Below are positions 18,533 through 30,343 of a DNA stretch of 64,000 bases, one piece after another (positions within the stretch are counted from its first letter, which is position 1; each line of letters begins with the position of its first letter). Position numbers and translations under genes: made by a program. This stretch comes from Gemmatimonadaceae bacterium (GTDB lineage: Bacteria > Gemmatimonadota > Gemmatimonadetes > Gemmatimonadales > Gemmatimonadaceae), in assembly GCA_040901985.1 (NCBI GenBank), contig JBBDYC010000014.1, positions 17,755-81,754 of the forward strand. Direction: 5' to 3'. The notes beneath the pieces are model-generated. The model saw only the letters and a list, made by a program, of their open reading frames with translations. It made no database searches and was not told the origin of the DNA.

Positions 18533-19834
18533 ATGCCATCCGCCTCCCCCCGCATCTCCGAGCTCGGCCCCAAGGTCGGCGCCACCGTCACCGTCCAGGG
18601 CTGGGTCACCACGACCCGCTCCTCCGGCAAGGTCGCCTTCGTCACCGTGCGAGATGGCTCCGGCCTCCTGCAGTGCGTCGTCGTCAAGCCGCAGGTCACG
18701 CCCGAGGTCTGGGACGCCTTCCAGTCCCTCACGCTGGAGACCTCGCTCGCGGTGACCGGCGAGGTCAAGGCCGACGCCCGCGCCCCCGGCGGCGTCGAAC
18801 TCGGCATCACCGACCTCAAGGTCCTCGGTCCCAGCGCCCTCGACTACCCGATCCAACCCAAGGAACACGGGATTGATTTCCTGCTCGACAACCGCCACTT
18901 CTGGCTCCGCACGCCGCGGCAGGTGGCGATCGCGCGAATCCGCAACGAGATCGAGCAGGCGATCCACGACTTCTATTATGAGCGCGGCTTCCTGCGCGTG
19001 GACACACCGATCCTCACCGCCGCCATCGGCGAACGGAGCGGGCTGTTTTCCACCGAGTACTTCGACGAAGGAACCGCCTACCTCGCGCAGACGGGCCAGC
19101 TCTATGGCGAGGCGGCCGCAGCGGCATTCGGGAAGATCTACACCTTCGGCCCGACCTTTCGCGCCGAGAAGTCCAAGACGCGCCGGCACCTCACGGAGTT
19201 CTGGATGATCGAACCCGAGGTGGCGTTCAACGACACGCACGCCAATATGGACCTGCAGGAGGAGTTCGTCATCTACCTCGTGCAGCGCGTACTGGAGCGC
19301 CGGCAGGCGGAGCTCAAGGAGCTCGAGCGCGACGTCTCCAAGCTGGAGAAGGTGAAGGCGCCGTTTCCGCGCATTGACTACACGGACGCCGTCGCGACAC
19401 TCAAGAAGAAGGGAAGCAAGACGGTCTGGGGCGAGGACCTCGGCGCCGAGGACGAGACGCTGCTGGTAGAGGATTACGAGACGCCGATCTTCATCTGCAA
19501 CTATCCGAAGGAAGCCAAGGCCTTCTATATGAAGGAGAACCCGGCCGACCCGCGGACGGTGCTTTGCGACGACCTGCTCGCCCCCGAGGGATTTGGCGAG
19601 ATCATCGGCGGGTCGCAGCGCGAGGACGACCACGACCGGCTGCTCGCACGGATCCACGAGGAGAAGCTCCCGGTCGAGGCCTACTCCTGGTACCTCGACC
19701 TCCGGAAGTACGGGACCTTCGTGCACTCGGGCTTCGGCCTCGGGCTGGAGCGGACGGTGGCCTGGATTTGCGGCACGCCGCACATCCGCGAGTGCATTGC
19801 CTTCCCGCGAATGATGCACCGCCTGCACCCGTGA
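18533..19834 (+). CDS. asnS: Asparagine--tRNA ligase
   Basis: OB-fold N-terminus, YTFGPTFRAEKSKTRRHLTEFWMIEPE, GEIIGGSQRE and GFGLGLER. Confidence 0.96.
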   Translation: MPSASPRISELGPKVGATVTVQGWVTTTRSSGKVAFVTVRDGSGLLQCVVVKPQVTPEVWDAFQSLTLETSLAVTGEVKADARAPGGVELGITDLKVLGPSALDYPIQPKEHGIDFLLDNRHFWLRTPRQVAIARIRNEIEQAIHDFYYERGFLRVDTPILTAAIGERSGLFSTEYFDEGTAYLAQTGQLYGEAAAAAFGKIYTFGPTFRAEKSKTRRHLTEFWMIEPEVAFNDTHANMDLQEEFVIYLVQRVLERRQAELKELERDVSKLEKVKAPFPRIDYTDAVATLKKKGSKTVWGEDLGAEDETLLVEDYETPIFICNYPKEAKAFYMKENPADPRTVLCDDLLAPEGFGEIIGGSQREDDHDRLLARIHEEKLPVEAYSWYLDLRKYGTFVHSGFGLGLERTVAWICGTPHIRECIAFPRMMHRLHP

Positions 19835-20790
19835 GCCAGCCCCTGGCGCGCAACGCCGGCCAGCCGCTCGACCTCGACGTCGTGCGGGCGATTCGCGTGA
19901 ACCGGAGCGCGGCCGAGCGGCGCGCGGCGACGATCCCTACGCGCCGCACGGTGAAGAAGGAGTGGCAGGCGGCGTGGCTGCTGAAGGCGATCACGCTGAT
20001 GGACCTGACGACACTCTCCGGCGACGACACGCCGGGGAACGTGAAGCGGCTCTGCGCCAAGGCGCGCCGCCCGTTGCGCGAGGATATCGTCGCCGCGCTC
20101 AAGGCCGAGTCGCTGGGCATCACCGTCGGCGCGGTCTGCGTCTATCACCAGCTGGTGGCGGTGGCGGTCGAGGCGCTCGACGGGAGCGGCATTCCCGTCG
20201 CGGCGGTCTCGACGGGATTTCCCGCCGGGCTCTCGCCCTTTGAGCAGCGCCTGGCGGAGATCCACGCTTCGGTGCAGGCGGGCGCGCGCGAGATTGACAT
20301 CGTCATCACGCGCGCGCACGTCCTCACGGGGGACTGGCCGGCGCTCTACAACGAAGTCAAGGCGTTCCGCTCCGCCTGCGGTGATGCGCACCTGAAGGCG
20401 ATCCTCGCCACCGGCGAACTGGCGACGCTCACGAACGTTGCGCGCGCAAGCTGGGTGGCCATGCAGGCGGGCGCCGACTTCATCAAGACGAGCACGGGGA
20501 AGGAAGGCGTGAACGCGACGCTCGCCGTGTCCCTGGCGATGGTGCGGCAGATCCGCGAGTATGAGGCGGCCACGGGATTCAAGGTCGGGTACAAGCCGGC
20601 CGGTGGGATCCGCACGGCAAGGCAGGCGCTGGATTATCTCCTGCTGATGAAGGAGGAGTTGGGTGATCGCTGGCTCCAGTCAGACCTTTTCCGCTTTGGC
20701 GCCTCGAGCCTGCTGACCGATATCGAGCGCCAGCTCGAACACTTCGTGACGGGTCGCTATGCGGCGGCCCATCGCCACCCGATGCCCTGA
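19831..20790 (+). CDS. deoC: Deoxyribose-phosphate aldolase
   Basis: MDLTTLSGDDT, GADFIKTSTGK and GYKPAGGIR. Confidence 0.96.
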   Translation: MSQPLARNAGQPLDLDVVRAIRVNRSAAERRAATIPTRRTVKKEWQAAWLLKAITLMDLTTLSGDDTPGNVKRLCAKARRPLREDIVAALKAESLGITVGAVCVYHQLVAVAVEALDGSGIPVAAVSTGFPAGLSPFEQRLAEIHASVQAGAREIDIVITRAHVLTGDWPALYNEVKAFRSACGDAHLKAILATGELATLTNVARASWVAMQAGADFIKTSTGKEGVNATLAVSLAMVRQIREYEAATGFKVGYKPAGGIRTARQALDYLLLMKEELGDRWLQSDLFRFGASSLLTDIERQLEHFVTGRYAAAHRHPMP

Positions 20791-20810
20791 GCCCCGAGAC
20801 AGGACGAGCG

Positions 20811-23201
20811 ATGCCAACCGTTGCCGAGATCTTCCAGACGATGGACTACGGGCCGGCGCCGGAGAGCGACGCCGAGGCGCGCGCCTGGCTCGCCCGTCAC
20901 GGGAGCCGCTTCGGGCACTTCATCAACGGCGGCTTCACCAAGACCGGCACGACCTTCGACGTGATGGACCCGAGCACCGGCGACACGCTGGCGAAGGTCA
21001 CGCAGGGGAGCGCGAAGGACGTGGACACGGCCGTGGTGGCGGCGCGCAAGGCGTTCGGCAAGTGGTCCAGGCTCAGCGCGCACGCGCGCGCGCGGCACCT
21101 TTACGCGCTGGCGCGGATGGTGCAGAAGCACTCGCGGCTCCTCGCGGTGGTCGAGTCAATGGACAACGGCAAGTCCATCCGCGAGACGCGCGACCTCGAC
21201 ATCCCGCTCGTGGCGCGGCACTTCTACCATCACGCGGGCTGGGCGCAGCTCTTCCCGACGGAGTTCGCCGGTTACACGGCCGTGGGCGTCGTCGGGCAGA
21301 TCATCCCGTGGAACTTCCCGCTCCTGATGCTCGCGTGGAAGATCGCGCCGGCGCTCGCGGCGGGGAACACGGTGGTGCTCAAGCCGGCGGAGTTCACGCC
21401 GCTCTCGGCGCTGCTCTTTGCCGAGCTCGCGCACGAGGCGGGTGTGCCGCCGGGCGTGATCAACATCATCACCGGCGATGGTCGCACCGGCGCTGCGTTG
21501 GTGGAGCACAAGGACGTGGACAAGATTGCCTTCACCGGCTCGACCGAAGTGGGCCGGATCATCCGCAAGGCGACGGCGGGCAGCGGCAAGAAGCTCTCGC
21601 TCGAACTCGGTGGCAAGTCGCCCTTCATTGTGTATGAAGACGCTGATCTCGATGGTGTCGTCGAAGGCGTGGTGGACGCGATCTGGTTCAACCAGGGCCA
21701 GGTCTGCTGCGCCGGCTCCCGCCTGCTGGTGCAGGAGGGGATTCACGACCGGCTGATCGCCAAGCTGCGCGCGCGGATGGAGAAGCTCCGCGTCGGCAAG
21801 CCGCTCGACAAGGCGGTGGATATGGGCGCGATTGTCGCACCGGAGCAGCTCGAGCGGATCACGGCCCTCGTGAAGCAGGGACAGGAGGAAGGCGCCACGA
21901 TGTGGCAGCCGAGCTGGAGCGTGCCGAAGAACGGCTGCTTCTATCCGCCGACGCTCTTCACGAATGTCGAGCCGGCGAGCACGATCGCCCAGGTGGAGAT
22001 TTTCGGCCCGGTGCTCGTCACGATGACCTTCCGCACGCCGGAAGAGTCGGTGGCGCTGGCGAACAACACGCCATTCGGCCTCGCGGCGAGCGTCTGGAGC
22101 GAGAACATCAACCTCGCGCTCGACATCGCGCCGAAGCTCAAGGCCGGCGTGGTCTGGGTGAACGCGACGAACCTGTTTGATGCGGCGGCGGGATTTGGCG
22201 GCTACCGCGAGTCCGGATTCGGACGTGAAGGTGGACGCGAGGGAATGTTCGAGTACTGCCGGAGGGAGGTGGGAGGTGGGAGGGGTAAGGGAACGACCGC
22301 GCGACTCGGAGTCGCGGTTACCTCACGCCTCACCCCTCACACCTCACCCCTGCCGTTAATGGACCGCACCCCCAAGCTCTTCGTCGGCGGCAGGCAGGTG
22401 CGTCCCGATGGCGGCTACTCGCGCGTGATTGTCGGGCCCAAGGGTGTGCGCGTGGGCGAGGTGGGGGAAGGGAATCGCAAGGACGTGCGCAACGCGGTCG
22501 AGGCGGCGCACGCGGCGGCCACGGGATGGGCCCGGAGCACGGGGCACCTGCGGGCGCAGATTCTCTACTACATCGGTGAGAATCTTGCTGCGCGCGGCGA
22601 TGAGTTCGCGGCGCGGCTGCGGGCGATGACGGGGGCGAACGCCAAGGACGCGCGGCGCGAGGTGGACGCCACCGTGGCGCGGCTCTTCAGCTATGGCGCC
22701 TGGGCCGACAAGTGGGATGGCGCGGTGCACAGCGTGCCGATCCGCGGCATTGCGTTAGCGATGCACGAGCCGATCGGCGTCGTTGCGGTCGCGGCGCCGG
22801 ATGATGCGCCACTGCTCGGGTTCATCTCGGCAGTCGCGCCGCTGATCGCGACCGGGAACGCGGTGGTCGCGCTCCCGAGTGAGCCGCATCCGCTCAGCGC
22901 CACCGACCTCTACACCGTCCTCGAGAGCTCCGACCTGCCGGGAGGCGTGGTCAACATCGTCACCGGCGCCAAGGACGTGCTCGCCAAGTCGCTGGCCGAG
23001 CACGATGCCGTCGAGGGGATGTGGTACTGGGGCTCGCGCGACGGGGTGAAGCTCGTTGAGTTCGCCTCGGCGTCGAATATGAAGCGGACGTGGTGCCACG
23101 CGGCGTCGCCGGACTGGCACGACGCGGAGGACGGCGAGGGGCGGCACTTCCTGCGCGAGGCGACGCAGGTCAAGAACATCTGGGTGCCGTACGGGGAGTG
23201 A
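20811..23201 (+). CDS. Two-domain aldehyde dehydrogenase (deoC-associated)
   Basis: IIPWNFP, FTGSTEVG, LELGGKSP, GQVCCAG and EIFGPV, followed by a second partial ALDH domain. Confidence 0.93.
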   Translation: MPTVAEIFQTMDYGPAPESDAEARAWLARHGSRFGHFINGGFTKTGTTFDVMDPSTGDTLAKVTQGSAKDVDTAVVAARKAFGKWSRLSAHARARHLYALARMVQKHSRLLAVVESMDNGKSIRETRDLDIPLVARHFYHHAGWAQLFPTEFAGYTAVGVVGQIIPWNFPLLMLAWKIAPALAAGNTVVLKPAEFTPLSALLFAELAHEAGVPPGVINIITGDGRTGAALVEHKDVDKIAFTGSTEVGRIIRKATAGSGKKLSLELGGKSPFIVYEDADLDGVVEGVVDAIWFNQGQVCCAGSRLLVQEGIHDRLIAKLRARMEKLRVGKPLDKAVDMGAIVAPEQLERITALVKQGQEEGATMWQPSWSVPKNGCFYPPTLFTNVEPASTIAQVEIFGPVLVTMTFRTPEESVALANNTPFGLAASVWSENINLALDIAPKLKAGVVWVNATNLFDAAAGFGGYRESGFGREGGREGMFEYCRREVGGGRGKGTTARLGVAVTSRLTPHTSPLPLMDRTPKLFVGGRQVRPDGGYSRVIVGPKGVRVGEVGEGNRKDVRNAVEAAHAAATGWARSTGHLRAQILYYIGENLAARGDEFAARLRAMTGANAKDARREVDATVARLFSYGAWADKWDGAVHSVPIRGIALAMHEPIGVVAVAAPDDAPLLGFISAVAPLIATGNAVVALPSEPHPLSATDLYTVLESSDLPGGVVNIVTGAKDVLAKSLAEHDAVEGMWYWGSRDGVKLVEFASASNMKRTWCHAASPDWHDAEDGEGRHFLREATQVKNIWVPYGE
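22264..22350. repeat. In-frame palindromic element with heptamer-repeat arms
   Basis: (GGGAGGK)x3 arm, central ACCGCG-CGACTC-G-GAGTCG-CGGT hairpin, (VCCTCAC)x4 arm. Confidence 0.75.
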
Positions 23202-25204
<2,003 letters not shown>

Positions 25205-25210
<6 letters not shown>

Positions 25211-25233
25211 CGTTCTGAGGGCTCCGGTACACT
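25205..25233 (+). promoter_or_regulatory. Putative sigma70 promoter for the alr operon
   Basis: TTGCAT-17 nt-TACACT, ending 11 nt before the alr ATG. Confidence 0.5.
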
Positions 25234-25244
25234 TCGGGCTTCTG

Positions 25245-26336
25245 ATGCCGACGCAATCTACTCTTGAGGCGAAGCCGCGCGCTTGGGTGGAGGTGCACCT
25301 CGGCGCGCTCATAAGGAATGCGCGGGCGCTCGAACGCCAGTCGCGCACGCGGCTCCTGCCGATGGTCAAGGCCGATGCGTATGGGCTCGGGGCGTTGCCG
25401 GTGGCGCGTGCGCTCGAGGCGCTCGACCCGATCGCGTTTGGCGTGTCGTCCATCGTCGAAGGCGTCGAACTGCGGCGCGGGGGGATCTCCCGCCCGGTCA
25501 TCGTCTTCACGCCCACCCTCGCGCACGACCTGGACCGTCTGCGCGCCGACGAGCTCACGCCAACGCTCGCTGCGGCAGATGGGATTGCCCAGTGGGCGGC
25601 GCTCGGCGGCGGGGCGTGGCACCTCGCGATTGAGACGGGGATGCATCGCGCCGGGATTGCGTGGGATGCAGTCGCTTCACTCGGCGATGCGATTCGCGCC
25701 TGTCCCCCCGCCGGCGCCTTTACACACTTTCACTCGGCCGAGTTGGACGACGGCTCGCTGGAGCGTCAGGAGGCCCGGTTCCGGCAGGCCGTCGAGGCGC
25801 TGCCGATGCGGCCCCCGCTCCTGCACACGGAGAACAGCGCGGCAATGGCGCGGCGGAGTCCGTCGCCCTGGGACTGCGCGCGGCCTGGCGTGTTTCTCTA
25901 CGGAGTGGGAAGTGGGGCAAAGGCGGCGATCCAACCGGAGCCGGTGGTGCATCTCCGCGCCCAGGTGCTGGAGGTGCGCGACGTGGCATCCGGCGAGACG
26001 GTGAGCTACGACGCCACCTGGCGCGCCGACGGGACGCGGCGAATCGCCACAATCGCGTGCGGTTACGCCGACGGCTATCGGCGCCAACTCGGGAACGTCG
26101 GCCGCGCCGTCGTCGGCGATGCGATTGTCCCCGTGGCGGGAACCGTCACGATGGATATGACGATGCTCGATGTCACGGGCTTGCCGTGTGCGCCCGGCGA
26201 CGTGGTCACGCTCATCGGAGGTGCGGGAGAGCGCCTCCTCACCGCCGAGGACGTCGCGAACTTGGCCGGGCTCTCGCCGTACGAGCTCCTGACCGGACTG
26301 CGGCAACGGTTGGTGCGCCGGTACGAGACCACCTGA
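25245..26336 (+). CDS. alr: Alanine racemase
   Basis: MVKADAYGLG, ETGMHRAG, GYADGY and GTVTMD. Confidence 0.95.
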   Translation: MPTQSTLEAKPRAWVEVHLGALIRNARALERQSRTRLLPMVKADAYGLGALPVARALEALDPIAFGVSSIVEGVELRRGGISRPVIVFTPTLAHDLDRLRADELTPTLAAADGIAQWAALGGGAWHLAIETGMHRAGIAWDAVASLGDAIRACPPAGAFTHFHSAELDDGSLERQEARFRQAVEALPMRPPLLHTENSAAMARRSPSPWDCARPGVFLYGVGSGAKAAIQPEPVVHLRAQVLEVRDVASGETVSYDATWRADGTRRIATIACGYADGYRRQLGNVGRAVVGDAIVPVAGTVTMDMTMLDVTGLPCAPGDVVTLIGGAGERLLTAEDVANLAGLSPYELLTGLRQRLVRRYETT

Positions 26337-27502
26337 TGGCCAATCGCGCGATCATCCTGGTGCTCGACGGCGTCGGCATCGGTGCGGCGCGCGACGCCGC
26401 CGAGTATGGGGACGTCGGGTCGCACACGCTCGGCAATCTCGCGCGCGCAGTCGGCGGCCTCGCCGTGCCGAACCTCGCCCGCCTCGGACTTGGCAACATC
26501 GCGCCGCTCGACGGCGTCTTTCCTGCCGCCGCGCCAGCCGCGGCCTGGGGGCTCCTCCAGCCACAGAGTGCCGGCAAGGACAGCACCACCGGCCACTGGG
26601 AGATCGCCGGGGTGCACATCGAGCGGGCCTTCCCAACCTATCCGAATGGGTTCCCCGAGGACGTGATCGGCGAGTTTGCCCGACGCACCGGGCGCGGCGT
26701 GATCGGCAACGTGGTCGCGAGCGGGACCGCGGTGCTCGACCAGTTCGGCGCGGAACATCGGCGCACGGGGAAGTGGATTGTGTACACCTCGGCCGACTCG
26801 GTCTTTCAGGTGGCGGCGCACGAGGAGACCGTGCCGCTGGACGAACTCTATTTGGCGTGTGCGACGGCGCGCCGGATGCTGGTCCCGCCGCACGACCCCT
26901 CGCGGGTGATTGCGCGCCCGTTTGTCGGTGCGCCGGGCGCCTGGAAGCGAACGCCGAACCGGCGCGACTACTCGATCGTGCCCCCGGAGGAGACGTTGCT
27001 CGACGCGCTCGAGGCGGCGGGGATCCTGCGCACCGGGGTGGGGAAGGTGGACGACCTCTTCGCCCGGCGGGGCCTCGACGGGGGGCACACGTCCGGGAAC
27101 GCCGAGGGGATCACCCGCATCCGTGACTGGATAATAAAGGGCCCCAATGGGTTGTTGTTCGCCAACCTAGTAGATTTCGACCAATTGTTCGGGCACCGGA
27201 ACGATGTTCCGGGGTTCCATCAGGCGCTGCGCGACTTCGATGACGCGCTTCCCGAACTCATCGCTGCGCTCCGCGAGGACGACCTGCTCTTCATCACCGC
27301 CGACCACGGCAACGATCCCACGACGCCGTCCACCGACCACGCCCGGGAGAATGTTCCGCTGCTGGTGGCGGGACCGCGCGTGCGCCCGCACGACCTCGGC
27401 CACCGCGAGACCTTCTCCGACCTCGGCGCCACCGTGGCCGAGTGGCTCGGCGTGGCATTCCGGGGCCGCGGCACGTCGTTCGCCGCTGCGCTGACCCGAT
27501 GA
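26336..27502 (+). CDS. deoB: Phosphopentomutase
   Basis: LVLDGVGIG, GKDSTTGHWE, YTSADSVFQ, NLVDFDQLFGHRND and TADHGNDP. Confidence 0.96.
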   Translation: MANRAIILVLDGVGIGAARDAAEYGDVGSHTLGNLARAVGGLAVPNLARLGLGNIAPLDGVFPAAAPAAAWGLLQPQSAGKDSTTGHWEIAGVHIERAFPTYPNGFPEDVIGEFARRTGRGVIGNVVASGTAVLDQFGAEHRRTGKWIVYTSADSVFQVAAHEETVPLDELYLACATARRMLVPPHDPSRVIARPFVGAPGAWKRTPNRRDYSIVPPEETLLDALEAAGILRTGVGKVDDLFARRGLDGGHTSGNAEGITRIRDWIIKGPNGLLFANLVDFDQLFGHRNDVPGFHQALRDFDDALPELIAALREDDLLFITADHGNDPTTPSTDHARENVPLLVAGPRVRPHDLGHRETFSDLGATVAEWLGVAFRGRGTSFAAALTR

Positions 27503-27918
27503 CCGGGAGTCCAGTGACGCCCCGCCTCGCCGAGCTCACGGCGCGCGCGCGGTTGGCCCAGGCCAACGCCTACGCCCCGTACTCGAACTTCCGGGTCGGG
27601 GCGGCGCTGCTCTGCGCCGACGGGACGATCGTGGACGGCTGCAACGTCGAGAACGCCTCGTACCCGGCTGGCACCTGCGCGGAACGCGTGGCGCTCGGCA
27701 CCGCAGTCGCCGCCGGCCATCGGCGCTTCTCGGCAATCGTCATCGTCTCGGACGCCACCTCGGCCACGCCCCCCTGCGGGATCTGCCGACAGGCGCTGGT
27801 GGAATTCGGCCTCGACGTAGAGGTCATCGCGGTGACGCCCGAGGGCGCGGCAACCCGCTGGACGCTCGACGCCCTCCTGCCGGACCCCTTCACGCCCTCT
27901 TCGCTCCCGACCCGATGA
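27499..27918 (+). CDS. cdd: Cytidine deaminase
   Basis: AYAPYSNFRVGAA, GCNVENASY, CAE and PCGICRQ. Confidence 0.96.
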   Translation: MTGSPVTPRLAELTARARLAQANAYAPYSNFRVGAALLCADGTIVDGCNVENASYPAGTCAERVALGTAVAAGHRRFSAIVIVSDATSATPPCGICRQALVEFGLDVEVIAVTPEGAATRWTLDALLPDPFTPSSLPTR

Positions 27919-29210
27919 TCCGGCGCCTGTCCCGCGTCCCGCTCCTGCTCGCGCTCCCGGTTGCCGTCGCCATCGGCGGTTGCGGCGAGGACCTCGAGAC
28001 CGGCAATACCTGCCCGCTCCTCTGTCCGGGCCAGGAGATCGTCATCCGCGACACGGTGATCGAGCCGGCGTATGTCTTTGACTCGACACTGACCGGGTTT
28101 CCGCTCCAGGGGCTCGAGAATACGCTGCTCCTCTCGGCGCGCGGCGACACGGCCGACGTCCGGGCGGTGATCCGGTTCGACTCGCTGCCGCGCCTGTTCC
28201 TGCCGGTCGGCGGCGACACGCTGGAGCGGATCAACTACGTGGACTCGGCGTACCTCTCGATCCGTGTGCAGGCGAGCGAGGTCCCGCTGCCGGCGTCGTT
28301 CTTCATCGAGGCATTCGACGTCTACGATCCGACGCTCGCCGACACCGCGATCGTCGAGCTCGCCGCGCATTTCAATGAGGACCGTCTGCTGGGCGGCGTA
28401 CGCATTGACACCGTGAACTTCTCGGACTCGGTCCGGGTGCGGATCCCGCTCAACCGCGACCGGCTGCTGGCGATCATCGCCGACGACAGCGCCCGCCTGC
28501 GGGTCGGCCTCAGGCTGCGCGCCCCGACGTCGGTGCAGGTCCTCGTCGCCTCGTACTTGCCCGGGGGCGAGGGCGCGTTCATTGACTTCAACACCTCGCC
28601 GGACACGCTGGCGCAACAGGTTCGGTTCCTGCAGCCGGTATCGTTGACGCCGCCGAAGCCGGGACTGGTCACCGGGGACTACGTGGACTTCAACGTCGTG
28701 GTGAACGCACCCGGCATCTTCGCGCCAGGGACCTTCAGCGTCGGGGGGATGCCGGCGGCGCGGCCGTATCTGCGGTTCGACCTCCCGCTCTGGCTCACTG
28801 ACTCGGTCAGCGTCCTGAAGGCGGAACTCGAACTCACACAGGACCCGCTCCCCGGGCCGAACGATGCCGACACCGTGGCGGTGCTGGTCCACCTGGTGCT
28901 TGCGGGAGAGACGGTGACGGACATCTACCGTGCGGCCACGCTCCTCTCGCCGGGCGGCGTGCTCACCAACTCCATCGTGACGCTCCCGAGCGACTCCGGA
29001 CTCCAGGTCATCAAGCTGAACACCCTCGTGCAGCAGTGGCGCACACGCGATGGCGTGCGCAGCATCCCGAGCGCCCTCGTCCTGCGGACCAATAACGAGG
29101 GGTCCTCACTGTTGGCCGCCCGCTTCTTTGGGATCGACGCCGCGGACCCAGCGGTCCGGCCCCGCCTGCGCGTGAGTTACGTGCCGGCGTTCCTCTTCGG
29201 GAGCCCGTGA
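27915..29210 (+). CDS. Hypothetical lipoprotein, beta-rich
   Basis: Lipobox-like IGGC, high-GC codon pattern, overlaps both neighbours by 4 nt. Confidence 0.75.
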   Translation: MIRRLSRVPLLLALPVAVAIGGCGEDLETGNTCPLLCPGQEIVIRDTVIEPAYVFDSTLTGFPLQGLENTLLLSARGDTADVRAVIRFDSLPRLFLPVGGDTLERINYVDSAYLSIRVQASEVPLPASFFIEAFDVYDPTLADTAIVELAAHFNEDRLLGGVRIDTVNFSDSVRVRIPLNRDRLLAIIADDSARLRVGLRLRAPTSVQVLVASYLPGGEGAFIDFNTSPDTLAQQVRFLQPVSLTPPKPGLVTGDYVDFNVVVNAPGIFAPGTFSVGGMPAARPYLRFDLPLWLTDSVSVLKAELELTQDPLPGPNDADTVAVLVHLVLAGETVTDIYRAATLLSPGGVLTNSIVTLPSDSGLQVIKLNTLVQQWRTRDGVRSIPSALVLRTNNEGSSLLAARFFGIDAADPAVRPRLRVSYVPAFLFGSP

Positions 29211-30343
29211 TGCGCGCCCTGACTGCGGCCGTCGCCCTGGCGCTGCTTACGCCCCTGGTCCCGGTTGCGGCGGCGCAGGGCGCGCTCAGCAACCAGGGGT
29301 TCGGCTACCCGACCGGCCAGTTGAGTGGCGCCGCGCGCGGCGCCGGCGGTGCGACCGTCGAGACCGATCCCAACTCCCCGATCAACCCGGCGGCGGTCAC
29401 GCAGTCGAGCCGCTATTCGGTGCTGATGCAGTTCGAGCCGGAGTTCCGGCGGACCGCAATCGGCGGGAGCGCCGCGACGGCGAAGATCCCGCGATTCCCG
29501 CAATTCTCGGCGAGCGGGGCATTCCGCCGCTTCGCCTACGCGGCGAGCGTCTCCACGTTCCTCGATCGCTCGTGGGAGAACGCGTACGCCGACAGCGTGC
29601 TCGTGGATGGCCAGTGGACCGAGTCCACCGTGCACACGAGGAGCAATGGCGCGATCGGCGACGCGCGGCTGGCACTTGGCTATGTCGTGCATCGGCGGCT
29701 GCAGGTGGGCGTGGGGCTGCACGCCTTCTCCGGCGAGAATCGCGTGTCGTTCCTCCGCACCTTCCCCGACACGTCGGGAATCACCGGCGTGGCGCAGGCA
29801 TCGTCGGTGACCTACGTGGGGCGAGCCCTCTCGCTGGGGCTCGTCGCGCGCCCGCTGGACGGGGTCGTCGTCGGCGTCTCGACGCGCGTCGGCGGCCGGC
29901 TGGGCGCCGACCAGGCCGGGGGGTCGGTGGGCGGTGACGCCAGCGTGCCATCGCGGACGGGGATCGGGATCTCCTGGCTCGCGCTCCCCGGCGCCTCGCT
30001 GAACGCGCGGTTCGACCGCACGAAGTGGACGGAGATGGATGCGCTCGGCTCCGCTGATGTCGTGACGTTCGATGCCGACGAGATCGGCCTCGGGGTGGAC
30101 GTGCTCGGTCCGGCGTTCGGCGGCGTGAACTCGATCGTGCGACTGGGGGCGAAGAGCCGCACGTTGCCCTTCGGCGTCAACGGGGACCAGGTCTCGGAGC
30201 TGGCGTTCAGCACCGGGCTGGGCGTGCCGGTCGCGCGCGGGCGCGCCCAGCTCGACTTCGCTCTCGAGCGCGCCGGCCGGCGGGCCGCCGGCGGGACCGA
30301 ACGCGGCTGGTTCATCAGTGTCGGGCTCGGCATCCGGCCTTGA
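29207..30343 (+). CDS. Outer-membrane beta-barrel protein (FadL-like)
   Basis: Signal peptide, ARGAGGA...NPAA hatch-like motif, amphipathic strands. Confidence 0.65.
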   Translation: MMRALTAAVALALLTPLVPVAAAQGALSNQGFGYPTGQLSGAARGAGGATVETDPNSPINPAAVTQSSRYSVLMQFEPEFRRTAIGGSAATAKIPRFPQFSASGAFRRFAYAASVSTFLDRSWENAYADSVLVDGQWTESTVHTRSNGAIGDARLALGYVVHRRLQVGVGLHAFSGENRVSFLRTFPDTSGITGVAQASSVTYVGRALSLGLVARPLDGVVVGVSTRVGGRLGADQAGGSVGGDASVPSRTGIGISWLALPGASLNARFDRTKWTEMDALGSADVVTFDADEIGLGVDVLGPAFGGVNSIVRLGAKSRTLPFGVNGDQVSELAFSTGLGVPVARGRAQLDFALERAGRRAAGGTERGWFISVGLGIRP

